This document shows, piece by piece, positions 62,204-64,000 of a stretch of DNA of 64,000 bases. The stretch lies in contig JBAYHD010000002.1 in NCBI GenBank assembly GCA_041666305.1, positions 64,684 through 128,683 on the forward strand. Direction: 5' to 3'. Each line of letters starts with the position of its first letter. The first letter of the stretch is position 1. This DNA comes from Minisyncoccota bacterium. GTDB lineage: Bacteria; Patescibacteriota; Minisyncoccia; Phycocordibacterales; Phycocordibacteraceae. The notes under the pieces were generated by a model. It saw only the letters and a program-made list of their open reading frames with translations. It did no database searches and was not told where the DNA came from. A program made the position numbers and the translations under genes.

Positions 62204-62600
62204 CGGCGCATTTTGCGCAACGGCAACCGAACGGCTTGATGTGTTCATCAACATATTCCTTGCCGTAGTCGTAGGTGAATTCTTCGCCTGGTTTGATGGC
62301 TTTGGTGGCGTCGATGTAAATATGCCCGCGCTCAATTTCCGGCTCGCAGTTCGGCCGGCAGGAATGGTTGATGTAGCCGGCGATGTTCATCTTCGGCTTG
62401 CCATCAATCGTTTTCCTCTTATTCACCTCAAACAGATACTTGCTCTTGCTTGAATATTCTTCTGCGGTTGGTATGACGCGGCCGACATACTCAATAACTC
62501 GTTCTCCCTTCTTGTAGGCGCGCGTCGCGAAAAGGCCGAGTCCGGCGCTCGACCTCCCCACCCGAACTCCCTCGGGGTATTTTGATTTCTTTGTGTTCAT
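62178..62600 (-). CDS. SET-domain protein (putative lysine methyltransferase) with post-SET Cys cluster
   Basis: 'GLGLFATRAYKKGERVIEYVG', 'NIAGYINHSCRPNCE', 'FTYDYG', 'CRCAKC'. Confidence 0.75.
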   Translation of the reverse strand: MNTKKSKYPEGVRVGRSSAGLGLFATRAYKKGERVIEYVGRVIPTAEEYSSKSKYLFEVNKRKTIDGKPKMNIAGYINHSCRPNCEPEIERGHIYIDATKAIKPGEEFTYDYGKEYVDEHIKPFGCRCAKCAEQKKSPRF

Positions 62601-62702
62601 ATAGGCCTGCCCCGTTTCACTTCTCCTCAATATGGAAAATATACGTTAGCGAAACTCGAACGCTGGTATTCTGAAAGTGATACGGGGTATACTAGATATA
62701 TC

Positions 62703-63416
62703 ATGCTTGCCGAACTCGCGCCAAATAAAGGAAAGGTACTTGAGGCTTCGGTAGCCGGTGTCGAGTATCTGCGGCTCCCGATCAAGACGCGACTCATTGA
62801 GTTCGGCGATGACCTCTTCGAGCTTCTGGTGGAATATGTGGAGCCGCACCTGAAAAAAGGTGACACCTTATTCATCAGCGAGAAAGTCGTCTGTATTACG
62901 CAGGGGCGTATCATTCATCGCGATAACGTGCAAACGTCATGGCTTGCGCGCTTTCTTTCCGGCAAAGTGCGCAATCATGTCGGTACAGAAAAATTCCGCG
63001 GCTTCGGGCACGGCACGCCGCCGGCGATGCAATTGCTCATCGAAGAAGCCGGGATTCCGAGAGTCCTTTTTGCCGCGTTTGTTTCCGCGCTCACGCGCCC
63101 CTTGGGCATTAAGGGCGCCTTTTATTATCTGGTGGGCAAACAGGCGAAATCGATTGATTGCCCGATGTCTTTCACGCTGGAGAAATACAAAGACTATGCG
63201 AAAATGGCGCCCTTGGACCCGAACCACGTTGCGCGCAAGCTCAAAGAGCGATTCGGCGTTGAGGCCGTCATCGTGGACGCCAACTACCGCGGCGCCTTCT
63301 CGCTCGGAAAATCCACGCGCGCTATCACCGAAAAATTCATCCAGGAACTCCTGCGCGACAATCCCGCTGGCCAGGACAGCGAGATGACGCCGTTCTTCCT
63401 TGTTCGTAAAGCCTAA
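62703..63416 (+). CDS. CofE-like (F420-0:gamma-glutamyl ligase family) protein, tentative
   Basis: 'GDTLFISEKVVCITQGRI' resembles the CofE/FbiB N-terminal motif. Confidence 0.45.
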   Translation: MLAELAPNKGKVLEASVAGVEYLRLPIKTRLIEFGDDLFELLVEYVEPHLKKGDTLFISEKVVCITQGRIIHRDNVQTSWLARFLSGKVRNHVGTEKFRGFGHGTPPAMQLLIEEAGIPRVLFAAFVSALTRPLGIKGAFYYLVGKQAKSIDCPMSFTLEKYKDYAKMAPLDPNHVARKLKERFGVEAVIVDANYRGAFSLGKSTRAITEKFIQELLRDNPAGQDSEMTPFFLVRKA

Positions 63417-63429
63417 TTCCGAAAAACCC

Positions 63430-63468
63430 GCTAGGTGACACCTTTCCGAAAGGTGTCACCTAGCGGTA
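63430..63468. terminator. 17-bp-stem hairpin between convergent genes
   Basis: cgctaggtgacaccttt-ccgaa-aggtgtcacctagcg. Confidence 0.7.
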
Positions 63469-63469
63469 G

Positions 63470-63985
63470 TTAGGTACGGGGATCGGATTTCGACCATTCG
63501 ATCAGTTTTCCGGCTTTGATTTCCATAGGATCGGCTTTGCGGACGTAACGCCAATTCCCTTTCGGCACGAAATAATAGTGCGGGAGTTCACTCAAGACGT
63601 CGGCGACTTCCCACAAGTCTTTTTCTGTCGCAAGCCAGTCGGCGCCGAATCGCCGCAGATCAAGCGGCTTAGAATAACATTCAAGAAGCTTTTTGCCGGT
63701 TGTGTTCAGAAACCATTCATGGAAATACGAGAGCACGAGCTCGCGCGGCGTGCGATAGATGGGATCGCGAAATCGGAGCACCGCGTGATTCGTCTTGCTG
63801 ATGGCACCGAAGCGTCCTTCGCGTTTGTAGAGCGTAACCACATGATCGTCATCGCCCTTTCCGAGCTGCGGCGAGACGTTCATGATGAGCGGCCGTTCGC
63901 CATTGATCCAGAGCGCGGAGGCAGCGAGTATCGCGCCTTCTAGGCAATTCGCTTTCTTTGCCGCGAGCGCGCGGCGAGGCGACAT
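63470..63985 (-). CDS. transglutaminase-like / papain-fold cysteine peptidase-like protein (tentative, N-terminus may lie beyond the window)
   Basis: 'ANCLEGAILAASAL' putative catalytic Cys on a helix N-terminus, downstream His/Asp candidates. Confidence 0.35.
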   Translation of the reverse strand: MSPRRALAAKKANCLEGAILAASALWINGERPLIMNVSPQLGKGDDDHVVTLYKREGRFGAISKTNHAVLRFRDPIYRTPRELVLSYFHEWFLNTTGKKLLECYSKPLDLRRFGADWLATEKDLWEVADVLSELPHYYFVPKGNWRYVRKADPMEIKAGKLIEWSKSDPRT

Positions 63986-64000
63986 GAGCGTGTCACCGTT

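Overview
High-GC (about 55-58%) bacterial chromosomal window, gene-dense, mostly housekeeping. The small-genome, surface-protein-rich content could fit a Patescibacteria/CPR-like organism, but that is inference only. Core content: ribosomal proteins L27/L9/L21; a P-type ATPase; S41 peptidase; CorA; cysS-dnaB-recR; a DEAD-box helicase; rmuC; a two-component cluster (sensor kinase, PAS sensor, three receiver proteins including a REC fused to a ~640-aa K/E/A-rich coiled coil); a 1.8-kaa dockerin-tailed giant surface protein next to a cohesin-like membrane protein; tRNA-Glu; a dcw cluster (mraZ-rsmH-ftsL-ftsI-murF); lysS-greA; mreBCD-mrdA; proS; rseP; frr; holB-like; a second mreB; murA; def-fmt; hpf; a glutaredoxin; csp; a SET-domain protein. 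Stand-out elements read from the sequence: (1) a REPtron, a REP-associated tyrosine transposase (RAYT, HUH + WSSY motifs) flanked by oppositely oriented copies of a 25-bp palindrome, with a third copy in-frame inside the gene; (2) a tRNA-Asn(GUU) gene split in the anticodon by a 223-nt group I intron carrying the P, Q, R and S elements, next to an AT-rich free-standing HNH endonuclease gene; (3) two copies of a ~140-bp ERIC/MITE-like element with 21-bp terminal inverted repeats, wedged exactly between the stop of an upstream gene and the start codon of cysS and of fmt; (4) a three-gene operon (small protein, XRE-like HTH protein, GHKL/Bergerat-fold ATPase of 573 aa) that resembles no housekeeping pathway and is my best candidate for an undescribed, possibly defence-type, system; (5) a 29-bp direct repeat duplicating the 3' end of rseP and bracketing a ~580-bp insert, a 68-bp tandem repeat (2.6 copies) upstream of the glutaredoxin gene, a 48-bp perfect palindrome, and a multi-hairpin intergenic element between frr and rseP. 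No rRNA genes or CRISPR arrays were seen.
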